Shown here in pieces: positions 1-9,063 of a stretch of 14,872 bases of DNA (within the stretch, counting starts at the first letter, position 1; each line of letters begins with the position of its first letter). Both the position numbers and the translations under genes were made by a program. This stretch comes from Octopus sinensis (lineage: Eukaryota), in assembly GCF_006345805.1 (NCBI RefSeq), contig NW_021825670.1, forward strand, positions 1-14,872, read 5' to 3'. Below the pieces are notes generated by a model. The model saw nothing but the letters and a program-made list of their open reading frames with translations. It was not told where the DNA came from and did not search any database.

Positions 1-368
1 AACTTGTTGCATTTAGTTGTTGCCTCTCAATTCCTCCAGACCGCCACCTGTGTCAACGAGACTCAGTTACATTAAACTCACATGGTCTTTCCCTTTATAA
101 TACTTTCGTTTTTGTCTTCTCCAGCACCATGACACCCCTGTCCGAGAACTAAGATGAATCTTCTGGCCGAGGGCGGCTTTCTCTGGTGGAATCAATCATC
201 GATTAGGCTTTCTTTGATACTCCCACACACATCAACTTTCTCTTGTATTCACTCCAACCGATTCTTCTATCCGCTGACGTACGTCATTGAGGTGGCGTTC
301 ACATATAAGGCTGTAAGCTTTCACTCGCTACTTATCACCTACTGAACATGTCATCACTTATGTGGAGG

Positions 369-633
369 TGTATGTATGTACACACACACACACACACACA
401 CACCGACACATACATATATATATATACATGCAGACACACATACACACACATATATATATATATACATATATATACACATATATACATACATAATATATAT
501 ATATATATACATACACATATATACATATATATATACACATATATACATACACATATATACATACATACATATATATATATATACATACACATATATATAC
601 ATACACATATATATATACACATTATATATATAT

Positions 634-664
<31 letters not shown>

Positions 665-781
665 TATATATACATATATACGCCCCCTACTTATATATGT
701 GTGTATATACACACACAAATACATACACGCACAACACACATACAAATATATATGCGTATGTGCGTGTGCCTGTGTGTGTGT
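369..781. repeat. Compound (TA)n/(CA)n/(TG)n microsatellite
   Basis: Directly visible dinucleotide mosaic; explains the overlapping Y/I/H/T and V/C/M ORFs at 335-983. Confidence 0.95.
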
Positions 782-1119
782 GAGGAGAGTGAGTATACCA
801 TATGTTGTGTGCACCCCCTCCATCCATACTCCTCCCCCACCACACTACATCATCTTCATCTCATCACTGCCACATCACCCACCCAGCCCCACCATTCTTC
901 CTCCCTCTCGTCTACTCATCATCTCACACATGTTTCTGCTGTCACTGCTTACCTGGCACCTCAGTCCACTCCACTGCGCATGACCAACAATCACACACCT
1001 CCTATAACACTCTCATCTGCCTGAAACAACACATACTTCGGCCCACGTTCGTTCCGCTATTTGTAAACTATGCTTGTTCAGTAGAACACATAAACTATAT
1101 TTTTTCTAATTTTTAAAAT

Positions 1120-1250
1120 TATATTTTGTTTTCTTTATCTTGATGAAGAGTTTCCAGCCCGAAACATTGAAATTCGTCTCTTTTCCTCGTGACCTAATAC
1201 CGCAACACACCAATTTTGTACTTTTATTTTGCCCCTATTCTTCAATCATT
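1120..1250 (+). mobile_element. Degenerate Penelope-like pseudo-LTR fragment with decayed hammerhead-like motif
   Basis: TTGATGA-A-GAG-tttccag-CCC-GAAAC-ATT at 1140-1168, followed by TTCCTCGTGACCTAATAC, resembling the TTCCTGAG..TAATAC motifs of the copies at 11549 and 13796. Confidence 0.45.
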
Positions 1251-1643
1251 ATATTGCTTATTAAATCATAGGGTACTCCATTCGTAGCAACTTGACTTGC
1301 TGAAAATAGCAGTCAAGTCTCCCTCAAATCACACTATCGTTTTAATGTAGGACACATTAGATAAAATATTTCTAGATACACCATGACTAAGTAAATTACT
1401 TGATGGTTACACATCAAACCTATTTGAGCGGGGACTAGCACATCTCTGATCTAAACACCTTGAGTCAAGGTCGAGGTGGGACTAAACCCTTCCACAGCAA
1501 AATATAATCCTTAGTGTGGTGGTAGCGATGCATGTGTAATTTGTGAATGTAGAGGACGAGTTTAACGTGTCACTAGACTTATAAAGACATTACACAAAAC
1601 AGCCTATAAAACACCACACACAATGTCACCATTTCGACATAAC

Positions 1644-1968
1644 ACGACGACGACGACGACCACCACCACCACCACCACCCACCACCCACCACCATCACCA
1701 CTACGACGACGACCACTACAAACCCCCCCCACCACCACCACACATACCATCATCACTTACAACATGACCACATACAAGCACACACACACATACACGCACA
1801 AACACGCGCGCGCTCAAGCACATACACGCAGACACGCTCTTACACACATACAGGCACACACACATATACACACACGCTCACACACACACACACACACACG
1901 CACATACACATACACGCACACTCACACATATACGCACACACATACATACACACACACACACACACACG
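1644..1968. repeat. (ACG)n/(ACC)n followed by (CA)n-rich microsatellite
   Basis: Directly visible; explains ORF 1623-2240. Confidence 0.9.
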
Positions 1969-2005
1969 CACTATTACATTACTCATGTATCTTCACTACT
2001 ATTTT

Positions 2006-2170
2006 AATCTTTTCCACACTAGGCGCAAGGCCCGAGATTTTTGGGGAGGGGACCATTCGATTAGATCGTACCCCAGTATGCAACTGCTATTTAATTTATC
2101 ATCCCCGGAAAGATAAAAAGCAAAGTCGACCTCGGCGGAATTTGAACCCAGAACATAAAGACAGACGAAA
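2006..2170 (-). mobile_element. SINE group A (Meta/MESC-like core), headless copy with alternative 3' tail
   Basis: Diverged core (GTCGACTTTGC-TTTTATCTTTCCGGGGATGATAAATTAAATAGCAG on minus); tail CCCCTCCCCAAAAATCTCGGGCCTTGCGCCTAGTGTGGAAAAGATT differs from the neighbouring copies. Core name is from recalled similarity. Confidence 0.8.
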
Positions 2171-2354
2171 TACCTATTTCTTTATTGCACACAAGGTGCT
2201 AAACACAGAGAGGACAAACAAGGACAGACAAACGGATTAAGTCGATTATACCGACTCCAGTGCGTAACTGGTACTTATTTAATCGACCCCGAAAGGATGA
2301 AAGGCAAAGTCAACCTCGGCGGAATTTGAACTCAGAACGTAACGGCAGACGAAT
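2171..2354 (-). mobile_element. SINE group A, headless body+tail unit of tandem array
   Basis: 184-bp unit about 94% identical to 2355-2538; core GTTGACTTTGCCTTTCATCCTTTCGGGGTCGATTAAATAAGTACCAG on minus. Confidence 0.9.
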
Positions 2355-2589
2355 TACCTATTTTTTTATTACCCACAAGGGGCTAAACACAGAGAGGACA
2401 AACAAGGACAGACAAACGGATTAAGTCGATTATACCGACTCCAGTGCGTAACTGGTACTTATTTAATCGACCCCGAAAGGATGAAAGGTAAAGTCGACCT
2501 CGGCGGAATTTGAACTCAGAACATATTGCCAGACGAAATACGGCTACGCATTTCGCCCGGCGTGCTAACGTTTCTGCCAGCTCGCCGCC
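2355..2589 (-). mobile_element. SINE group A, full-length copy
   Basis: Head GGCGGCGAGCTGGCAGAAACGTTAGCACGCCGGGCGAAATG, core and tail match the copies at 3720, 6447 and 14014. Confidence 0.92.
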
Positions 2590-2607
2590 ATACTATACTA
2601 TTATATT

Positions 2608-2881
2608 GTGAAGGCATGTGGTTTAGTGGTTAGTTTATCGGCACACGATCGTAAGGTTCTGAGTTTGATACTTACCGTTATATCGTTGGGCAAGACACTT
2701 CATTTCACGTTAGTAAAAATGAGTAGCACCTGTATTTCAAAGGGCCAGTCTTGTCACATTGTGTCACACCGAAAGAGAACACATGTCTGTGGAGTACTCA
2801 AACACTTGCAAGTTAATTTCACGAGGAAGCTGTTCCGTTGATGGATCAAATGGTACCCTCGTAGTAACCGACGAAGTGCCA
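2608..2881 (+). mobile_element. tRNA-headed SINE group B relative, diverged, with CORE/V-like central motif
   Basis: A-box-like TGGTTTAGTGG, central TTGGGCAAGACACTT..GTAAAAATGAGTA; 3' half (ACCTGTATTTCAAAGGGCC...GTGCCA) aligns with 4575-4754. Confidence 0.8.
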
Positions 2882-2938
2882 GAAAACATGTACTCTCTAC
2901 CACTTTAAGTTCCTTATTACTCTATTACACTACATTGT

Positions 2939-3152
2939 GGAGGCGCAATGGCCCAGTGGTTAGGGCAGCGGACTCGCGGTCATAGGATCGCGGTTTCGAT
3001 TCCCAGACCGGGCGTTGTGAGTGTTCAAATCCCGCTAACATCGACTTTACCTTTCATCCTTTCGGGGTCGATAAAATAAGTACCAGTTGAATACTGGGGT
3101 CGATGTAATCGATTCATCCCTTCCCCTAAAATTGCTGCCCTTGTGACAAAAT
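2939..3152 (+). mobile_element. Chimeric SINE: group B tRNA head fused to group A core and an (ATT)n-ending tail
   Basis: 2936-3025 identical to 4372-4461; then TTCAAATCCCGCTAACATCGACTTTACCTTTCATCCTTTCGGGGTCGATAAAATAAGTACCAG (group A core). Confidence 0.88.
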
Positions 3153-3212
3153 TTGAAACCATTTTTATTATTATTATTATTATTGTTATCATCATCACCA
3201 TCATCATCATCA

Positions 3213-3246
<34 letters not shown>

Positions 3247-3327
3247 GGTTATTGTTATCATCATCATCATCGTCATCCATCATTATTATTATTATTATTA
3301 TTATGTTATATTATTATTATTATTATT

Positions 3328-3361
<34 letters not shown>

Positions 3362-3364
3362 CAA

Positions 3365-3412
<48 letters not shown>

Positions 3413-3649
3413 CATAATCATCATCATCATCATCATCATATCATCATTATCATCATCATCATCATTATATTATTATTATTATTATCATCACATCATCATC
3501 ATCATCCATCATCATTATATTATTATTATTATTATTATATCATCATCATCTCATCATCATTATCATTATTATTATTATTATTATCATCATCATCATCATC
3601 ATCATCATATCATCATTAATCATCATCATATATTATAATAATAATAATA

Positions 3650-3703
<54 letters not shown>

Positions 3704-3718
3704 TTATTATTATTATTA
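3153..3718. repeat. Compound (ATT)n/(ATC)n microsatellite
   Basis: Directly visible; begins at the SINE 3' end; explains poly-I/Y/L/S/H/N/D ORFs. Confidence 0.97.
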
Positions 3719-3719
3719 A

Positions 3720-3906
3720 GGCGGCGTGCTGGCAGAGTCGTTAGCACGCCAGGGCAAAATGCTTAGCAGCGTTTCATCCATCTTTACTTTCAAAGTTCAA
3801 ATTCTGCCGTGGCCGACTTTGCCTTTCATCCTTTCGAAGTTAAGTACTGGAGTCGATGGAAATTCTAAGGAATTCCAGGCCTTGTGCTTATTGTGGAAAG
3901 GATTAT
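3720..3906 (+). mobile_element. SINE group A, diverged and internally deleted
   Basis: Head GGCGGCGTGCTGGCAGAGTCGTTAGCACGCC; core GACTTTGCCTTTCATCCTTTCG then a deletion; tail GGCCTTGTGCTTATTGTGGAAAGGATT like that of 2006-2170. Confidence 0.85.
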
Positions 3907-4374
3907 TGCTGATGCAGATTATTCAAGTGGTATAGCTTTTACTTCTAATAGTGAAACCCTAACTTCTACCAGAATGAGTTGAAGGAGCTACAAAACGATC
4001 GGACAATGCGTCTGCAAGAAACGGCTGAGTTTATGGTTTACAATTAACGATAGAACAACCTTGACATGTATAAATGACTTCAAATAACTTTGATCGTGGA
4101 GAGAAAGATAAAACAGAGACAATGAAGTGGGAATTGAATTGTGAGGTTCAGTAATGAACAAGACGTGAGAGCAAAACCATTCTAGTGACCTCAAAATACT
4201 GTCTTTAAGAGCTGATGGAGAAAACATATTAGTATGAGGATCTGAATATTGAACGTTATCAAAGGTAACAGAAAACAGGTAAAATGAAAGGTAAAGCAAG
4301 GTGCTAAGGAGAGAGGAGAACGTTTCTTGAGAGCAAAAATTTATCAAACAGCTTATGATTATGTGAAAATATGT

Positions 4375-4754
4375 GGAGGCGCAATGGCCCAGTGGTTAGG
4401 GCAGCGGACTCGCGGTCATAGGATCGCGGTTTCGATTCCCAGACCGGGCGTTGTGAGTGTTTATTGAGCGAAAACACCTAAAAGCTCCACGAGGCTCCGA
4501 CAGGGGATGGTGGTGATCCCTGCTGTACTCTTTCACCACAACTTTCTCTCACTCTTACTTCCTGTTTCTGTTGTACCTGTATTTCAAAGGGCCGGTCTTG
4601 TCACTCTCTGTGCCACGCTGAATATCTCCGAGAACTACGTTAAGGGTACACGTGTCTGTGGAGTGCTCAGCCACTTACACGTTAATTTCACGAGCAGGCT
4701 GTTCCGTTGATCGGATCAACTGGAACCCTCGTCCTTATAACCGACGGAGTGCCA
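4375..4754 (+). mobile_element. Full-length tRNA-derived SINE group B (resembles octopus tRNA-Arg-derived OR-type SINEs)
   Basis: Pol III A box TGGCCCAGTGG (4385-4395), B box GGTTTCGATTCCC (4428-4440), anticodon-like GAC-TCG-CGGTC; head shared with 2939, tail shared with 2608-2881. Family name from memory. Confidence 0.88.
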
Positions 4755-4828
4755 CGAGATATATATGTATATGTGTATGCAAGTGTGTAGTTTCTAATTT
4801 AAGCACTGATCCAAGCGAGGGCTTAATT

Positions 4829-4860
4829 GATTAAATCGATCCCAGCATTTCCCTGGTACC
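4829..4860 (-). mobile_element. Short decayed SINE group A fragment
   Basis: GATTAAATCGATCCCAGCATTTCCCTGGTACC resembles GATTAGATCAACCCCAGTACGCAACTGGTAC at 6450-6480. Confidence 0.4.
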
Positions 4861-5105
4861 TGTCTCATTGTATTTTATGGTACTTTATTCTAAACCATCG
4901 TTACGTTGGACTAAAATTAAAATCTTCAAACCATGTACAAACCGGAATCAGTCTTTCTGGAGATTAGCTGTCTGAGTATTTTGCCAAGAATTTGTTAGAA
5001 GTTGGAGAAAGAATATTTCTTTTCTGGCAGTAATGACGCCATGAATTCAGTTTTTCTAATCGCTGAGGTGAAGACGTAAGATGTCGAATCTGTTCGCTAA
5101 CATGT

Positions 5106-5222
5106 AACGTCATAAACTGACATAAAAATAGTCGAACGGAAAATTCAAAGAAAAAGAAAAAGAGGCCACTGACAGCTGTTGTAGTTAATCCGAGGAAGGA
5201 GAGATGGCCACAAATAAATAAA
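5106..5222 (+). repeat. Left copy of ~110-bp direct repeat flanking the HERO-like relic
   Basis: Aligns to 6332-6439: 35/39 and 46/53 identical in two blocks, with an indel in the A-rich middle. Confidence 0.9.
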
Positions 5223-6300
5223 CGGCAGGTTATGAGACTGGTGTATCAGATAGTACTCGAAGGAAACCGAGGTTTCTGTGACCGGCTGCTAATGAGAAAG
5301 GAAGATATAAAGAGCTTGAGAACAAGGTATGTCAAGAGTTATTTGGAGTGAAATATGGTAACGATTAGTGAAAGAAAAGTGTGGACCAAACAGGAGGATC
5401 AGGAAAACGAAACAGTTGGGGAGGAAAAAGAACTGCCTAAAAAAGCAACGGAAATATGCTGAGGAAGACGGAAAACCTGGCCTCGAGCAGCTGTATGATT
5501 TGAAAAAGGAAATGCCGTTATGTGCAAGAAAATATCCGCCGATATGAGAAAATAAAAGAAAGTAAAATGACTCAGGGGTAGTTTCTGAAGTGGAAAGCAG
5601 AAGCAGAGACTGGCGATATTCTGTCTTCTCTTGCACACCAAGTGGGTGCAACGCAAATTCATCGGAAGGGGTTTGGATTTGGCGCAGATCGGTTCATTGA
5701 AAGAACCAACCAAAAATTTCCTTATCTTCATGCGCTCAGGACAGTAGATCCGTTTCAAGAAGAAGTAACTACTCATAAGCAATGAAAAGTGGAACGGCTA
5801 TTGAGAGTTGGCTGTAGAATTACCAGGGTGTGAAGGATTCTTTCTCATCTCAGTTACGAAAAAAATCGGATATTATAATGTGGTGTGAAAGAAAGTGGTG
5901 AATCTAGTCATGAAGATAAAATGGACGCCGCTCGGGCTCGAAAGATTTACCGTTATGTAAACCACCTCGAGGAATGTGAAGATGCAGGCTGGAAAGCAAA
6001 GCCTTTTCCAGTCGAAGTCGGATGTAGAGGATTCGTTGGGCACAGTGTAAAGTAAATACCACCGTGAGTAATATCCAAACTACTGTAAAAAAAGGGTAGC
6101 CAATGGATTTGGTTAAAAAGAGGCAATGGGCGATGGTTAGAAGAATATTGATAACCAGTTGATCAAGCAAGCGGGGCATCATGTCAATGAGGAGGAGCCG
6201 GCGCGCATGATTCCATCGAGAGGTAGACCATGAAACGGCGCGATTTCTCTCTTGATGACTTCATACACTTGCTGGCTTCCGGTATGCAGAGCTTTCAACT
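5223..6300 (+). mobile_element. HERO-like REL-endonuclease non-LTR retrotransposon relic, internally deleted (no RT domain or zinc knuckle visible)
   Basis: Manual translation with stops and frameshifts: RKPRFL*PAANEKGRYKELENKV (5261-), GPNRRIRKTKQL..LKKQRKYAEEDGKPGLEQLYDLKKE (5383-), KWKAEAETGDILSSLAHQVGATQIHRKGFGFG (5588-5683), SDIIMWCERK (5866-), HEDKMDAARARKIYRY..ECEDAGWKAKPFPVEVGCRGFVGHSV (to 6049), QWIWLKRGNGRW. PVEVGCRGF and W-W-KR are motifs I recall from HERO-clade REL domains. Confidence 0.85.
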
Positions 6301-6331
6301 GGTAGCACTTACATGTACAAGTTGTTTGCCA

Positions 6332-6439
6332 AACGTCATAAACTGACACAAAAGTAGTTGTACGGAAAATAAAGAAAAAAAGCTAGTGGCAGTTATTGCA
6401 GTTAATTCGAGGAAGTAGAGATGGCCGCAAATAAATAAA
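6332..6439 (+). repeat. Right copy of ~110-bp direct repeat flanking the HERO-like relic
   Basis: See 5106-5222. Confidence 0.9.
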
Positions 6440-6446
6440 TATTGTT

Positions 6447-6613
6447 GTCGATTAGATCAACCCCAGTACGCAACTGGTACTTAATTTATCGACCCCGAAA
6501 GGATGTAAGGCAAAGTCGGTCTCGGTGAAATTTGGACTCAGAACATAAAGACAGACGAAATACCGCTAAGCATTTCGCCCAGTGTGCTAACGTTTCTGCC
6601 TGCTCACCGCCTT
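6447..6613 (-). mobile_element. SINE group A, head+core, tail missing
   Basis: Matches head and core of 2355-2589 and 14014-14248. Confidence 0.9.
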
Positions 6614-6753
6614 CATAGAGAGATAAATGCTGATATTTGATGTGTGTCTTGGAGAATACAGCTTTGCTCATGGCTTATTTTATGTAAGAGACTCAAGTGT
6701 GAACGGTACCTTCCTCATAATCTCTTTATGGTAACACCAAAAGCATTGAGAAT

Positions 6754-6801
6754 TACTGTATTTGCCGGCCTATGAGATGCACCCGCGCATAAGACGCATC
6801 C
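6754..6801 (+). mobile_element. pogo/Tigger-like DNA transposon terminal repeat remnant
   Basis: TA-CTGTATTTGCCGGCC followed by two TATAAGACGCAC-like units (TATGAGATGCAC, CATAAGACGCAT), the layout of pogo-type TIRs; possible opposite-end remnant GTAAATACAATA at 6911-6922. Confidence 0.45.
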
Positions 6802-6971
6802 ATATTTTACAAATATATTTTGTAGGAACAAAGTTAGCATATTCCACCGTAAGCTTATTGAAAGATACCTTAAAGTGATTTTGTAGGGGAAAATGTAAAA
6901 TTCTCTGCATGTAAATACAATATTGGATGAGTATACTGGAATTAATATATGAAATCATGAATTTATTATAT

Positions 6972-7378
6972 ACTAGCAGTATCGCCCGGCGTTGCTCGGG
7001 TTTGTAAGGGAAATAACTATATAAGTTAGAGATTTTCAGAGATGTAAAGTATAATAGCCATCTCAATATGGCTAACCACAAAGGGGGTGGGTGGGTGTTA
7101 CTGTAGCTTTTTACGTTCTGAGATTTAATAATAAATTTTTAGAGAGTTACTTCCCTTATATATGCCAAAAATGCATTAAAAATGGGAACAATTGATGGTA
7201 ATTTTTTTTTTAAATCGTAGACTCATCGTAGACGCGCGCTAATACCCAGAAGGGCTCGATATGAATCACGACTATAAGATACCCGGTTTTGGTTAAACTG
7301 CACCGCAAAATGTGGGAGTAGTTAGGAATCTAAATCATAGGAGACAGACAGCACACAACCTCACTTTTATATATAAAG
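6972..7378 (+). mobile_element. Helentron-associated non-autonomous element (HINE / DINE-1 / Lep1-like)
   Basis: 5' ACTAGC followed by GC hairpin CCCGGC-GTT-GCTCGGG (6985-7000); internal 14-bp inverted repeat 7005-7018 / 7145-7158 (13/14); 3' GACAGACAG..CTCACTTTTATATATAAAG; AT-rich insertion site, no TSD. Confidence 0.65.
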
Positions 7379-7851
7379 CTATATATATATATATAAATAA
7401 CTCATTTTATACTTTATTTGATTTTTATCTTCTTTCAAACGGACTGAATAGTTGTTTATATTTTTGTGAGTAGAATTGCCTCACAACTTGTAAAACTCGT
7501 AATTTGGACTCTGATGCTTCGTGATGCTTGGCGGACTTATACTCGACAGACGCCATAACCTAGGACACTCGATCTCCCATCAGATGCACGAAGATAAAAA
7601 AAAAAACAAAAAAACGTGTCATAAACGTCGGCAAATAGAGTATATGAGGTTCTGGCACAACAACGTTAAGAATTGTCAAAGGTACCATGGATTTGGATCT
7701 AATATTATATAATCTGGGCTTCATTACTATCCTTAGTATAATTTCATTATCAGTGTATTTAAGGTATTTTCAATATTTGGTTTTGTTTGAGTATTCCGAT
7801 TTCCACAAGTTATAACAATAATCTTATGTACATGAATAGTTTTACATAATC

Positions 7852-7852
<1 letters not shown>

Positions 7853-7900
<48 letters not shown>
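7853..7900. repeat. (ATT)n microsatellite
   Basis: Directly visible; abuts the 3' end of an R4-like fragment. Confidence 0.97.
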
Positions 7901-7902
<2 letters not shown>

Positions 7903-8190
7903 TTTTTTTTTTCTTTCAAATTTGCTTCCATTTCTTGCCGAGTGTATTTCCGACTCCTAGGGCAAAGAAACTCATAGTATACATTGGTAGGCCATTAAAC
8001 TAAACTCAATAGTTCGTTCATTTTTTTTTAAAGTTAAATTAAAATACATGGGTAGTAATAATTCTCACATCGACAATGCTCTTCTCAATACGTGTGATGT
8101 ACCAGTTAGGACTATCTTTTGCACTTCTTGCAGGGATGGTAAGCCAGGGATCATTCTCATATAATTTTCGGTTCCCTTCTTGATCATTCC
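7901..8190 (-). mobile_element. R4/Dong-like non-LTR retrotransposon 3' fragment (family 4)
   Basis: GMIKKGTENYMRMIPGLPSLQEVQKIVLTGTSHVLRRALSM* (8190-8065), 3' UTR, then A-run and (TAA)n. Confidence 0.85.

Positions 8191-8254
<64 letters not shown>
8191..8254. repeat. (ATT)n microsatellite
   Basis: Directly visible; separates two R4-like fragments. Confidence 0.97.
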
Positions 8255-8255
<1 letters not shown>

Positions 8256-8767
8256 TATGTTTGACTTTTGCTTTATATTTGTACAAGTTGGCTCCAAGTC
8301 TCACCCAGAGACCTCAAGAGACAACAGGTTGGAAGTTCATGTTGTTGTTATGCCTAGTGTGCCATATATTTGGGGTGGGGGTTGTACTAATGAATGTCTA
8401 AAAAAAAAATTTTTTTTTTTAAACCGAAAATTATGTTTGTTTTAAACCTTGAGATTACATAGAGAGTATTTTGCGTAGGATATGAGCAGTTCCCATGAGC
8501 ACTATCTTTTGAATTTCTGCCATTTTTTAGGTTCCTGGTATCTGAGTTAGGTAGCTATCTGCCCCTTTTGCTATCATTCCCAGGGCACCTATGACAACAG
8601 GTATTGTTTTAGTCTTCAGCTTCCACATTTTGCTGATTTCTATTTCAAGATCTTTATATTTGCTCAGTTTTTGGTAGGTCTTGACAGATACGTTTATATC
8701 GATTGGGACAGTCATATCAATGAGGAGGCATGTTCTTTGTTTGAAGTCTTTCAATAAGTCTTTCAAT
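8255..8767 (-). mobile_element. R4/Dong-like non-LTR retrotransposon 3' fragment with REL domain (family 1)
   Basis: LKDFKQRTCLLIDMTVPIDINVSVKTYQKLSKYKDLEIEISKMWKLKTKTIPVVIGALGMIAKG..IPGT*KMAEIQKIVLMGTAHILRKILSM* (stop 8455-8457); 3' UTR ends in (AAT)n. Confidence 0.92.
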
Positions 8768-8768
8768 T

Positions 8769-8770
<2 letters not shown>

Positions 8771-8828
<58 letters not shown>
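8771..8828. repeat. (AAT)n microsatellite, opposite polarity to neighbouring tracts
   Basis: Reads AAT on +, whereas tracts at 3153, 7853, 8191, 9100, 9922, 10538 and 11088 read ATT. Confidence 0.95.
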
Positions 8829-8830
<2 letters not shown>

Positions 8831-9030
8831 GAAGAGTGCCATATCATGTGAAATTGGTTGAACGATTTTTCGGCATCTAGCGTGCCTTCCACAGGTTCAA
8901 ATATTATATGTATATAGTCTTAACAAAAAATGAAGTAGAGTGACTCGTAATATTTGAACCTGTGGAAGGCACGCTAGATGCCGAAAAATCGTTCAACCAA
9001 TTTCACATGTTTGGCACTCTTCTATTTATT
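8823..9030. repeat. Near-perfect inverted repeat (84/83-bp arms, 41-bp spacer); MITE-like fold-back
   Basis: 8823-8906 is the reverse complement of 8948-9030 except ATAT vs AAA (1 substitution + 1 indel). Confidence 0.95.
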
Positions 9031-9063
9031 TGTGTATAACTTCTGGATGAGTTACCTCGGTCC

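Noticed and set aside
1-345. Possible decayed RTE-type C-terminus on minus (CWR.., L.DTG..EELR)
   Set aside because: Motifs appear only in different frames with several assumed indels; needs tBLASTx/HMM support.
335-1116. Long overlapping ORFs (up to 211 aa)
   Set aside because: Translations of (TA)/(CA)/(TG) and CAT/CAC low-complexity DNA, open on both strands; same for ORFs at 1623, 3025-3638, 8180, 11255-11688, 11943, 12295-12935 and 14103-14752.
1290-1318. Hairpin ACTTGAC-T-TGCT-gaaaat-AGCA-GTCAAGT, possibly within an old repeat (1260-1400)
   Set aside because: A single 11-bp bulged stem is expected by chance; no second copy in the window to support the repeat call.
2171-2538. CRISPR-like or satellite array
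   Set aside because: Repeats are 184-bp SINE units without unique spacers; eukaryotic context.
2939-3012. tRNA gene call for the SINE heads (also 4375-4445)
   Set aside because: A/B boxes are present but there is no acceptor stem closure or poly-T terminator, and the sequence continues into SINE bodies.
3973-4035. Candidate 63-bp exon NELKELQNDRTMRLQETAEFM (CTAAT branch-like site, TTCTACCAG acceptor)
   Set aside because: Donor TG/GTTTAC is weak, the peptide is unrecognised and there are no partner exons; RNA-seq junction reads would be needed.
5031-5075. Candidate 45-bp exon NDAMNSVFLIAEVK (TTTCTTTTCTGGCAG acceptor, AC/GTAAGA donor)
   Set aside because: Splice-like signals of this quality arise by chance in 15 kb; phase is incompatible with the 3973 candidate; no homology recognised.
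6215-6265. GAAAC and TTGATGA plus a GAGAG/CTCTC helix in the HERO 3' UTR as a hammerhead
   Set aside because: Element order fits no standard hammerhead topology, and stems II and III cannot be formed.
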